DNA from: a bacterium
GTDB lineage: Bacteria > Patescibacteriota > Minisyncoccia > 2-01-FULL-47-10 > JBBIMT01
DNA length: 64,000 nt
Assembly (NCBI GenBank): GCA_037443185.1
Contig: JBBIOV010000003.1
Location: 5,458 to 69,457, forward strand
Direction: 5' to 3'
Part shown: piece by piece, positions 50,694 through 58,939 of the stretch
Numbering within the stretch: the stretch's first letter is position 1
How the letters are laid out: every line of letters starts with the position of its first letter
Notes under the pieces: model-generated
Database searches by the model: none
What the model was told of the DNA's origin: nothing
What the model saw: only the letters and a program-made list of their open reading frames with translations
Program-made: the position numbers and the translations under genes

Positions 50694-51770
50694 ATGAAGC
50701 AGTGGGATTTAATAAAGCCCCAAAAGAAAATTCTTCCAAAGAAAGAAGACAGCAGTTTTTTTAAAAAAATGTTGAAATTTTTAGTTGCGCTGTCTTTTAT
50801 TTTTTTATTATCGCTTTATTTAGATTATATTTTTGAAACTAAAACGGTTATAACTGTTACTGAAACAGGACGACGTGCATCTTTTAAAACATCTTTACCG
50901 GCAGCTCTTGTTGATTTTACTTTTGCTAAAGAAGAACCTTTAGAAGGCGAATTAAACGGCAGGATAAATTTTTTGTTGCTCGGAATACCAGGAGAAGGCA
51001 ATCCTGCGCCATATTTAACAGATACAATTATTGTTGCATCGTTTTTTCCTGAAACTAAAAAAATATATTTAGTTTCGTTACCTCGCGATTTTTTAGTGCG
51101 TTTTCCTGAAAATGAGAAGTTTTCTAGAATAAATAGGCTATATCTTTATGGACTTTTACAAGAGCCCGATCAGCCATTTAAAACAATCATTAATAAAGTT
51201 GAAGAAATTACTGGACAGAAAATAAACTATTATGTTTTGGTAGATTTAAATTTGTTAAAGAAAATAGTTGATGAGCTTGGCGGAGTGGAAGTCTTTGTAG
51301 AAAAAGATATTTTTGATCCTTATTTCCCTGGAGATAATTTTTCTTATGAAACTTTTTCTTTAAAACAAGGTTATCAAATTTTAGACGGCGAGACAGCGGC
51401 TAAATATGTTAGAAGTCGACATTCTCTTTATGGGGATTTTGATAGAATAAAAAGACAAAAAGAATTAATACAAGCTATTATTAGTAAGATTAGAAATCTT
51501 AACCCTATTTTTGATTTTAAAACTTATCTTAATCTATACAGTAGTTTTCGCTCCCATTTTTCAACGAATTTAACATATTCTGACATAAAAAGGTTTTATT
51601 CGCTCATAAAAGATTTAAGTGGTAAAAATATATTTGAGTATACAATTGGCATTTTTGAGCCGACAAAATTTTTAAAAGAATATTTAAATAACGGATATTA
51701 TTTAGTACCTGAAAAAGGAATGGAGGATTATAGCAAAATTCAAGCTTTTTTTGCTTCGTTTAATCCTTAA
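50694..51770 (+). CDS. LytR-CpsA-Psr (LCP) family cell-envelope phosphotransferase
   Basis: N-terminal TM, then INFLLLGIPGEGNPAPYLTDTIIVASF..ETKKIYLVSLPRDFLV and ..INYYVLVDLNLLKKIVDELGGVEV. Confidence 0.75.
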   Translation: MKQWDLIKPQKKILPKKEDSSFFKKMLKFLVALSFIFLLSLYLDYIFETKTVITVTETGRRASFKTSLPAALVDFTFAKEEPLEGELNGRINFLLLGIPGEGNPAPYLTDTIIVASFFPETKKIYLVSLPRDFLVRFPENEKFSRINRLYLYGLLQEPDQPFKTIINKVEEITGQKINYYVLVDLNLLKKIVDELGGVEVFVEKDIFDPYFPGDNFSYETFSLKQGYQILDGETAAKYVRSRHSLYGDFDRIKRQKELIQAIISKIRNLNPIFDFKTYLNLYSSFRSHFSTNLTYSDIKRFYSLIKDLSGKNIFEYTIGIFEPTKFLKEYLNNGYYLVPEKGMEDYSKIQAFFASFNP

Positions 51771-51866
51771 GTTTAACTACTTTTGCTGTTTAAGCATAAA
51801 TTACTGTATAACTGTCAAGATAAAAGCTTAGTAGATAAAAATTCGCTAATTTTTATAATGTTTTTT

Positions 51867-52430
51867 ATGAATCTTATTTTTGGCCTTGGCAATTCCGGAA
51901 AACAATATGAAAAAACTCCGCATAACGCCGGCTTTTTAGTTTTGGACCAAATTGTTAAGATTTTGGATCTTGGCACTTTCAAAAAAAAGTTTGCCAACTC
52001 GTTTTTTATAAAAACAAAATATCAAGGTAAAGATTTTATTTTAATAAAACCATTAACTTATATGAATAATTCCGGTTTAGTAGTGCTAAAGTTTAAAAAT
52101 TTTTATAAAGAAAAAAATGAAAATTTAACGATTATTCATGATGATATTGATTTGCCTTTTGGTTCTTTTAAGCAATCTTTTCAGGCAGGATCAGCCGGGC
52201 ATAAAGGAGTTCAATCGATTATTGATGCTTTAGGCAACAATGACTTTTATCGGTTGCGAATTGGTATTTGCCCTTATCAAAAACCTGACGATTTGGAAAA
52301 TTATGTAATACAAAAAATTCCAAAAGCATATGAGGATATTTTTTTCAAAAGCATTAATAATGCCGCTTATTTTATTCTTGAAAAATTAATAGGCTTTCAG
52401 CGAGTTCTTTCGCGTAAGCCTTCAGGTTAA
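51867..52430 (+). CDS. pth: Peptidyl-tRNA hydrolase
   Basis: MNLIFGLGNSGKQYEKTPHNAGFLVLD...IKPLTYMNNSG...IIHDDIDLPFGSFK.. The start is set at the internal Met preceding LIFGLGN. Confidence 0.85.
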   Translation: MNLIFGLGNSGKQYEKTPHNAGFLVLDQIVKILDLGTFKKKFANSFFIKTKYQGKDFILIKPLTYMNNSGLVVLKFKNFYKEKNENLTIIHDDIDLPFGSFKQSFQAGSAGHKGVQSIIDALGNNDFYRLRIGICPYQKPDDLENYVIQKIPKAYEDIFFKSINNAAYFILEKLIGFQRVLSRKPSG

Positions 52431-52545
52431 GTGACGGAAATTTCCGGCTTACCCCGAAATTCAAGGGTACTAACCGAGCTTTTAGGAGGGATCACTCGAT
52501 TTTTCCCCACTTACGCGAAAGAACCCACTAAAAGCCATTTTTTGT
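52409..52545 (+). other. GC-rich structured element spanning the pth stop codon (candidate terminator, attenuator or small RNA)
   Basis: A closing helix ttcgcgtaag...cttacgcgaa (10 bp, 52409-52418 with 52510-52519) encloses a palindromic cggaaatttccg hairpin and a taccc/gggta hairpin. It is followed by a ttttttg run at ~52536. Confidence 0.3.
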
Positions 52546-52972
52546 AAAAATATTATAACAATTTTTCTATAAAAAGTCAATACTTATTATTTATTTAAGG
52601 TGTAATTATATAAAATTAAACGAAAACTTCTAGAGACTTGTAGATAAGTTAATCTTTAAAATTTTACTAAGAAAATTAGGCTTTAAAATTATACAATATT
52701 GACGAAATCAAATATTTTTAAAATTTTTTTTTCCACTCATCTAAGTGATCGCAAAAATAGTGGAAAATTTTATTGTAGAATTTACAATAATTTTTATTAA
52801 GGGATTTAAAAAGGCTATCTTTATTTATTGCGCAATTTTTATCTCAATAAAAATCGCTTATATGGGAAAATTAGACTGAATTTTTAAGCAATTTTTATTC
52901 TTTTTGACTGCTTTATTGTTAAATGATTTTTTTGAAAAAAATCGTATTTTTTAGATTAAAAATAAAATAAAT

Positions 52973-53006
52973 AAGGCCGATGTGAATATTCGCACCGGCC
53001 TTATCG
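52973..53006 (-). terminator. Rho-independent terminator of the 53024-54625 gene
   Basis: ataaggccg-(16 nt)-cggccttat is a 9-bp stem. On the minus strand it is followed by tttattttatttttaatc. Confidence 0.55.
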
Positions 53007-53023
53007 GTTTCGTGAAAGAACTA

Positions 53024-54625
53024 CTATGGAATTGTGCCTGCTGGGACATTACCCCAGGTTTCTATCCCGTTTATTTCTGTCCGAACATTGCGGAGTCTGT
53101 ACCCTGCAACTTTTGAACAAGAGAAAATGTTTTCTCCAATCATCTGACAAGTATTTTCATAATTGGCTTTTTGCCCTTGATTCGGATTAACCGAATCAAA
53201 CTGGACTAAAACCAACCAATACACCCTAATACCCTGTAAGCATAATTTGACAACAAGCTCGCCGGCTCGATAAGCGCTACCTTGCTCAGATAGCTTAATA
53301 ACCGGAACAAGGTAGGTGCCTTTATTGGTTTTGGTCAGGCCGTCTAGACAATCAGCTTGATAAGGCTGACTCTTGTTTTTGTTAAAACATCCAAGATCCC
53401 GAATACAAATTCCACCTTCTCCCATTGTTAGAAAATCATAAATCTTAAAAAACCTACTTAAAAATCTATCCAAGATGGCAATTTGGTTGCCAAATTGGAT
53501 TTCAAGGTCGTTGAATTGTAAGTTGAACTGGAGGGCGTATTCTCGTATCGCCCGACGCAGTTGAGCTAACTCATCATTGAGCCTAATAATTTCGGCTCTA
53601 TCGAGCTCGACTTTGCTTGATAATTCTTTAATCTCTGTCAAAATGCCAGAAATTTTAGAATTAATCAAACCGATTTGCCTGTCAAGTTCGTTAAGCCGAC
53701 TATTCTGAACTTTGTTATACTCAAGGGCCAAATTAGCACTCGTTTGCGCCGTTTGCGCAAGCGACTTAGCCTCGCTTGCTGTAGCACTAACAGTTGTTGC
53801 CAACTGCTTAGCGCTTTCAGCAATATCTTTGACGCCATTAAAGGCGCCAAGAAGATAGAGGACACCGCTAAAAGCTAACAATCCGATAAGAGAAAGAAGC
53901 CAAATAACTTTCTTGTCCCACCCGTGATCATTACTTCTGTCTCTACTATCATCAATAGATGTTCCTTCTGTTTGTGCAGCGCTAGAGACTACTTTATGTA
54001 TTTCTCCTATTTTCTCAGCAAGGCCGTCAATCTTTTGACCTTGCTTATTGATAGCTTCAGAAAGAGGCTTGATAGCCTCTTTAAAACCCTCTCCAATGAT
54101 TTTTCCAAGTTTGTCAAGTTGCCCAAAGTCATCATCTTCGGTAGTTTCGGTCGCCGGTATCTCAGGATGCTGCGCATACCGCTTCTGCATTTCCTCTTGC
54201 GTGGCTTTTTCTAGGTTAGTTGCAGCAACAGTTTTGTCGACTTCTTTCAACTTTTCCTCCTTTTGTTTAATTAACTTCATTCGTTGCCTTGGATTTTCTA
54301 AAAGTCTTTTTTGGCTCTTGGTTAGTCTCTTGGTTAGTTGAGTTGATGATCGTGCTTGTGACGAGCTAACGCCTTTCTCAAAAAACTCAGCAGAGTGGGC
54401 GACTCGTTTAAAATTATCCAAATGAAGCCTTAGAGTATCTAATTGACATTCTGAAATTTCTTGGTCATTTGGGAGATAAACGTGAGTCCTGAACCCTTTC
54501 TTTTTGGCTTCATCGATAATGCGCTGATACTCAGAAATCTGCTCAATTATCTTTTTTTTCTCTTCCTTTTCTTTTGATTCATTCTTATATTCCGTTTTGT
54601 CTTGATTCATAATAATATTGTTCAT
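53024..54625 (-). CDS. Hypothetical bitopic membrane protein of anomalously high GC (~45-50%). It has an N-terminal cytoplasmic K/E-rich coiled coil, one TM, an extracytoplasmic coiled coil and a Cys-containing C-terminal globular domain.
   Basis: 533-aa ORF with a strong SD (aaggaggaaagg-ATG). One TM (VIWLLSLIGLLAFSGVLYLLGAF) at ~aa 240. Heptad repeats flank the TM. The C-terminal ~150 aa carry six Cys (GGICIRDLGCF...ADCLDG...KLCLQG...NTCQMIGENIFSCSK). No recognisable family. Sampled 60-nt windows give 50% GC against 25% in the neighbours. Confidence 0.5.
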   Translation of the reverse strand: MNNIIMNQDKTEYKNESKEKEEKKKIIEQISEYQRIIDEAKKKGFRTHVYLPNDQEISECQLDTLRLHLDNFKRVAHSAEFFEKGVSSSQARSSTQLTKRLTKSQKRLLENPRQRMKLIKQKEEKLKEVDKTVAATNLEKATQEEMQKRYAQHPEIPATETTEDDDFGQLDKLGKIIGEGFKEAIKPLSEAINKQGQKIDGLAEKIGEIHKVVSSAAQTEGTSIDDSRDRSNDHGWDKKVIWLLSLIGLLAFSGVLYLLGAFNGVKDIAESAKQLATTVSATASEAKSLAQTAQTSANLALEYNKVQNSRLNELDRQIGLINSKISGILTEIKELSSKVELDRAEIIRLNDELAQLRRAIREYALQFNLQFNDLEIQFGNQIAILDRFLSRFFKIYDFLTMGEGGICIRDLGCFNKNKSQPYQADCLDGLTKTNKGTYLVPVIKLSEQGSAYRAGELVVKLCLQGIRVYWLVLVQFDSVNPNQGQKANYENTCQMIGENIFSCSKVAGYRLRNVRTEINGIETWGNVPAGTIP

Positions 54626-55161
54626 CCTTTCCTCCTTTTTGCTTGTTGTAGCTGTAACCTAACCTGCTTTGTTTAACGCTCCTTGTCCTCAATAATCTCA
54701 TGATTGACTTTTCTGTTTTTCTATCTTCTCTGTTTTTCTTGCGGGACCATATCCCCTCCTTCTTTAATGTAATTTGAATGTTAAAGAACTTTAAGATGAA
54801 ATTTTATAATTTTTTTTAAAATAGTCAATAGGTTAAGTATCAAGGTCGGGCCTCGGTGTCAATTAAAAGGATAAACATTATTAAAAATGAGACCCAAAGA
54901 CGATGTAAATATTTTTTTAGTTTTGATTCTTTTTTAATGGTAGTTATCTCTGGTGTTTCTATGTTTAAATTTGAATCCATATTTTTGTAATACCCTTTCA
55001 AAATTAAACTTCTTAAAAGGATATATTGTTTTAAAAAAGATAATTTTTATGCTCTTAAAATATTTTTTCAAGATTCTTTCTTTAACAATTTATCAACATA
55101 ATTATTAACAAGCGAAGATAAAAGAAATTTAAGAATTTATGATTTTGATTCCAATAATATT

Positions 55162-55419
55162 TTAACAGTTTTTTGATTTAATTAAACTCCAGACAGAGAT
55201 TATAGTAGGTTTTTTCCTTTCATATTTCATCATTACAAAAATTTTTTTCTTTTTTCCAAAATCTCGTGAATAATCTTTTGCTCCTTCTATAATTTTGAAA
55301 TTTTCAACTTTAGTTGGATGGTTTAAAATTTTAAAAATTTGTTTTTGGCTGATATTATAATAACGCATTTTTTCTTTTGCGTGGAGGGTGATAAAACTAT
55401 TTTTTAAACTGTATTTCAT
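55162..55419 (-). CDS. DUF4258-family protein (RelE-like toxin fold), apparently orphan
   Basis: FITLHAKEKMRYYNISQKQIFKILNHPTKVE...KKIFVMMKYERKKPTIISVW matches the DUF4258 pattern (..HA.ERM.ERGIS..EV..VL...........IVVV). Confidence 0.45.
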   Translation of the reverse strand: MKYSLKNSFITLHAKEKMRYYNISQKQIFKILNHPTKVENFKIIEGAKDYSRDFGKKKKIFVMMKYERKKPTIISVWSLIKSKNC

Positions 55420-55442
55420 ATTAATTTTTTACTATAAACATT

Positions 55443-56288
55443 TTAAGGCTCGAAAACTCCTTCTGATTTACTATTTATTGTTATTAAAACATCTTTTACA
55501 TTATCAAATTGTTTCAAAGTGTTTAATAATTGAGATTTTATTGCCATAACGCGACATGAACCGGCAACACCACGCATTAAACTTTCATCAAAATCTACTA
55601 ACAATTTACCTGTTTTATTATCGAGCGCTATTAGCTTGACATTGACATAATCTGGTAAAGAACTAAAGTAGCCTTTTTGTTGTTCTTCTTGAGTCGGTCC
55701 TGTCAATAAGAATCCTAATGCCGCATCAACGGTAGATATTTTTTGCGGGATGCGACGAATAACAGGATAAGTTTGGTCGCATTTAAGCGCTTTTGAATCT
55801 TTTATTTTGTTGCCAAAATAAATTTTAAGATTTGGCCCATCAAAAACCGGAAAATACACAGGTATGTCTACGGTATCAATTTCTGAACCATCTTTAGCAG
55901 AAATTTGAAAAACTTTTAATACTCCTTCTTTAGCATTGGTTTCGGGATAATAAATATTTTTTTCAAAATCACCATATTGTTCAACATCTGAAGCCTTAGT
56001 AGTGATAAATCCTTCAGTGATGATATTATTTTTATTATCACTTAAGCGATAAGAGAGCGTATTTTCAAAAACGCGGGCTTTGCCATTTAAATGTAAAGGA
56101 TATTCTGAAGTGTATTTTTGTGGAGAATTCACAATAATATTTGCTGTTTTTTGAGTAATGTCTGGCAAAATACTTTGTTGGGGACTTAAAAATAAAAATC
56201 CTAACAAAATAAAAGTTATAACAAGAGCAATAATAACTATTTTTTTTAAAAAATCAGTCATAATATTTATTTTTATGATGAATATCAA
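55443..56288 (-). CDS. GerMN-domain secreted/lipoprotein-like protein
   Basis: N-terminal TM/signal. The C-terminal ..KLLVDFDESLMRGVAGSCRVMAIKSQLLNTLKQFDNVKDVLITINS resembles the GerMN (spore-germination related) domain. Confidence 0.4.
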   Translation of the reverse strand: MIFIIKINIMTDFLKKIVIIALVITFILLGFLFLSPQQSILPDITQKTANIIVNSPQKYTSEYPLHLNGKARVFENTLSYRLSDNKNNIITEGFITTKASDVEQYGDFEKNIYYPETNAKEGVLKVFQISAKDGSEIDTVDIPVYFPVFDGPNLKIYFGNKIKDSKALKCDQTYPVIRRIPQKISTVDAALGFLLTGPTQEEQQKGYFSSLPDYVNVKLIALDNKTGKLLVDFDESLMRGVAGSCRVMAIKSQLLNTLKQFDNVKDVLITINSKSEGVFEP

Positions 56289-56293
56289 ATATT

Positions 56294-57352
56294 TTAATTT
56301 TTGATGTATTTATTTTTTATTTCTTTGTGGAGCATAATTTTTTCGACGCTTTTTTCTAACTGATTAGCTCTTGTGGTTGATAGAATCTGATATTGTTTTC
56401 GAACACTTTCGAGTTTTTCGCCAAGTTTTAAGAATTCTACTTTATATTTTTCATATTGAGCCATAAATTGTTTTATTTGTTCAACAATTTCTCTAATATT
56501 TTCTTCAAAATGCAAATAGTCGTAAGATTGTTGAATAATACGCAACAGAGCTATGAAACTATAAGGTCCCGCTATAGCTACTTTTTTTTGCATTGCTTCT
56601 TCATGAATTTCAGGCATTTCTTCATAGATAAAACTATAAATACCTTCGTTTGGCACGAACATTACTACTAAATCAATTGTATTTTCTTCAGGATTTATAT
56701 AATCTCGCGAAGACACTTCTTTTAATTTTTGTTTCACCGATTGCAAAAAATCTGCTTTGGCGCGTTTACGATCTGTGTCGTTATTGGCTAAATAAAATCG
56801 TTCAAACGCGTCAAAAGGGAATTTTGCGTCAATATTCAATTTTTGGGAGTTTGGCAAAAAAATAGTCAAATCCGGACGCGTCTTGCTTGAGATAAGGGTT
56901 GTCTCTTTTTTATAAGTTACTCCTTCAACAAACCCCATTTTTTTTAAAAGATCTTCTGCAACTTTCTGACCAAAAGCGCCCCGAAGCCGATTATTGGATA
57001 AAAGAGATGTAAGATTATCCGTTGAAAGCTTTAACTCTTTAGTGATGGATTCGAAATTTTTTAATGATTGATCAATAGAACCAAAATGTATAGCGTGCTG
57101 ATTGGAAAATTCGTTTATCTGTTTTTCCAATTTTTCTATTGAAGAACTTACTTCTTTATTTCGTAGCTCAAGTTCTTTAGAAATAACTTCCTGTTTTCCG
57201 GCTAGTCCTTGTCCAATAATCTCTTTATAATTTTCTATTATGCTTTTAAGTCGTTGAAAAAACCATATCAAGGCAATAATAAAAATGGCGATAATAACAA
57301 GATTTTGTAAGAAGAATTGGTCTAAATTCATTTTAATATACTGAGGGCTCAA
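56294..57352 (-). CDS. rmuC: DNA recombination protein RmuC
   Basis: N-terminal TM, a coiled coil, and the C-terminal ..RPDLTIFLPNSQKLNIDAKFPFDAFERFY...DLVVMFVPNEGIYSFIYE... RmuC nuclease-like core. Confidence 0.7.
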   Translation of the reverse strand: MSPQYIKMNLDQFFLQNLVIIAIFIIALIWFFQRLKSIIENYKEIIGQGLAGKQEVISKELELRNKEVSSSIEKLEKQINEFSNQHAIHFGSIDQSLKNFESITKELKLSTDNLTSLLSNNRLRGAFGQKVAEDLLKKMGFVEGVTYKKETTLISSKTRPDLTIFLPNSQKLNIDAKFPFDAFERFYLANNDTDRKRAKADFLQSVKQKLKEVSSRDYINPEENTIDLVVMFVPNEGIYSFIYEEMPEIHEEAMQKKVAIAGPYSFIALLRIIQQSYDYLHFEENIREIVEQIKQFMAQYEKYKVEFLKLGEKLESVRKQYQILSTTRANQLEKSVEKIMLHKEIKNKYIKN

Positions 57353-57356
57353 TTTT

Positions 57357-57755
57357 TTAATGAAAGTTTAACTTCAGTTGGTATAAAATAGCTTTGGCTT
57401 TTTTAATGTCTTCTTGCATCTTTGCTTTTAATTTTTCTTCAGAATCAAATTTTTTTATATTGCTGACTTTTGCTATTAAATTCAAAAAAACTTTTTTACC
57501 ATAAATATCTTTGTCAAAATTAAAAATATATGTTTCTATTGTAGTTTTTTTTTCGTTGAAAGTTTCGTTTCTTCCAATGCTGGTGGCACTATTATAAAAA
57601 ACTCCATCTATTTCTATAATAGAAGCATAAACTCCTGATTCTAACCCAGTTTTTTCAAAAGATGATTTCTCTGGCTCAATATTGGCGGTTGGAAATCCTA
57701 ATTTTTTACCGCGCCCTTTTCCTTTAATTATAATGCCCTCAATAATATTATTCAT
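57357..57755 (-). CDS. Riboflavin kinase (monofunctional RibF C-terminal-domain type)
   Basis: IEGIIIKGKGRGKKLGFPTANIEP..SGVYASIIEIDGVFYNSATSIGRNETF....IETYIFNFDKDIYGKKVFLNLIAKVSNIKKFDSEEKLKAKMQEDI. Confidence 0.65.
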   Translation of the reverse strand: MNNIIEGIIIKGKGRGKKLGFPTANIEPEKSSFEKTGLESGVYASIIEIDGVFYNSATSIGRNETFNEKKTTIETYIFNFDKDIYGKKVFLNLIAKVSNIKKFDSEEKLKAKMQEDIKKAKAILYQLKLNFH

Positions 57756-57996
57756 TTTGCAAAGCCTCCAAATACCATTTTAAATTTAAACTATCAAAAG
57801 CCAATTTGAAATAATTGGCATTATCAGTAACTTCAAGATAATAAATCACATTTTCTCCTTCACGTTTTTTATAAAATAATTCAATTTTATTAATGTGATA
57901 GCAATAACCGTTTAAATAAAAATATCTTGGCTTAATTAGCCCCTTTGGCTCAAACTCAACGAAAACTTTTATTGGCTGATGTAATTGTTGAAACAT
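57748..57996 (-). CDS. Small hypothetical protein overlapping the riboflavin kinase start by 8 nt
   Basis: 82-aa ORF co-directional with ribF, with a 4-8 nt overlap suggesting translational coupling. No domain recognised. Confidence 0.3.
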   Translation of the reverse strand: MFQQLHQPIKVFVEFEPKGLIKPRYFYLNGYCYHINKIELFYKKREGENVIYYLEVTDNANYFKLAFDSLNLKWYLEALQNE

Positions 57997-58138
57997 TTTT
58001 TAAAATTATAGATATGATTTATAAATTCATTTACATTTACTTTATAAAAGACAAACTATAATTTTCAGATTATGCTTTTTGTTTTTATCATTGCTTGGAT
58101 ATAACCATCCTTAGCAACTTTAATAACTTTTCTGTTCA

Positions 58139-58753
58139 TTAATACTTTCTAAAAACTGCTCTAACGACTCCTTGAATATCTGCTTTTCTAACAAAGATAG
58201 GTTCCATTGAAGGATTTTCTGGTTGAAGTCTGATTAGTTTTCTTTTTAAATCAATATGGATTGTTTTTAAAGTAACTCTATCTTCTCCAATACGAGCAAC
58301 AACAACTTCTCCGTTTCTTGGTAAAACATTTTTCTCGCAAATAATAAAATCTCCATCAAAAATACCAGCATTTATCATTGAGTCTCCTTGAACTCTTAAA
58401 ACAAAATAATCTCTTTCTGGAGATAGCCCTAAATCTTGGGGTAAGGTAATAGTTTCTTGTTGTTCGTACATTGTTAAAGGATGTCCTGCCCGTACCTCTC
58501 CAACAAGTGATAAAGTCCAAGAAGCGCCTGAACGATAAAATTTCTCAGAGATAGTTATAAGTCCTGTTATTTTATCTTGAACAAGATAGCCTTTTTCTTT
58601 TAATCTTTTAATATGCTGCCAAATAGTAGCCGGAGAAGATAATCCTATTTCGCGACCTATTTGACGATAACTAGGAACATAGCCGTTTTCTTCTATGCAT
58701 CTTACAATAATATCTAAAATTCTTTTTTGTTTTTGGGTTAATGGCGCAAGCAT
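58139..58753 (-). CDS. lexA: LexA repressor (S24 peptidase)
   Basis: N-terminal wHTH (MLAPLTQKQKRILDIIVRCIEENGYVPSYRQIGREIGLSSPATIWQHIKRLKEKGYL), the Ala-Gly cleavage region (VRAGHP), and catalytic GDSM and ..VVARIGEDRVTLK. The start is set at MLAPL. Confidence 0.85.
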   Translation of the reverse strand: MLAPLTQKQKRILDIIVRCIEENGYVPSYRQIGREIGLSSPATIWQHIKRLKEKGYLVQDKITGLITISEKFYRSGASWTLSLVGEVRAGHPLTMYEQQETITLPQDLGLSPERDYFVLRVQGDSMINAGIFDGDFIICEKNVLPRNGEVVVARIGEDRVTLKTIHIDLKRKLIRLQPENPSMEPIFVRKADIQGVVRAVFRKY

Positions 58754-58939
58754 ATTTTCATTTGATTTACTGTATTGTTGGTTTATCAAATAAAAGTATA
58801 AGCGAACAAAAAACGAATGTCAAGATTGTTGACCTTCCTTTTTAAAAAAGTCCACAAAAGACTGAATCTAAAAGAAAACAAAATCCTCTTTTAGGAGATC
58901 GGATTTGATATGAACAATATATTATTTAAAAATATTATC

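Noticed and set aside
52430-52470. ACGGAAAUUUCCGGCUUACC resembles the conserved ACAGAAnnCGGCUUA 3' region of RNase P RNA.
   Set aside because: Only ~130 nt of structured sequence are available, bounded by the pth CDS. There is no room for the 300+ nt RNase P core on either strand, so the resemblance is most likely coincidental.
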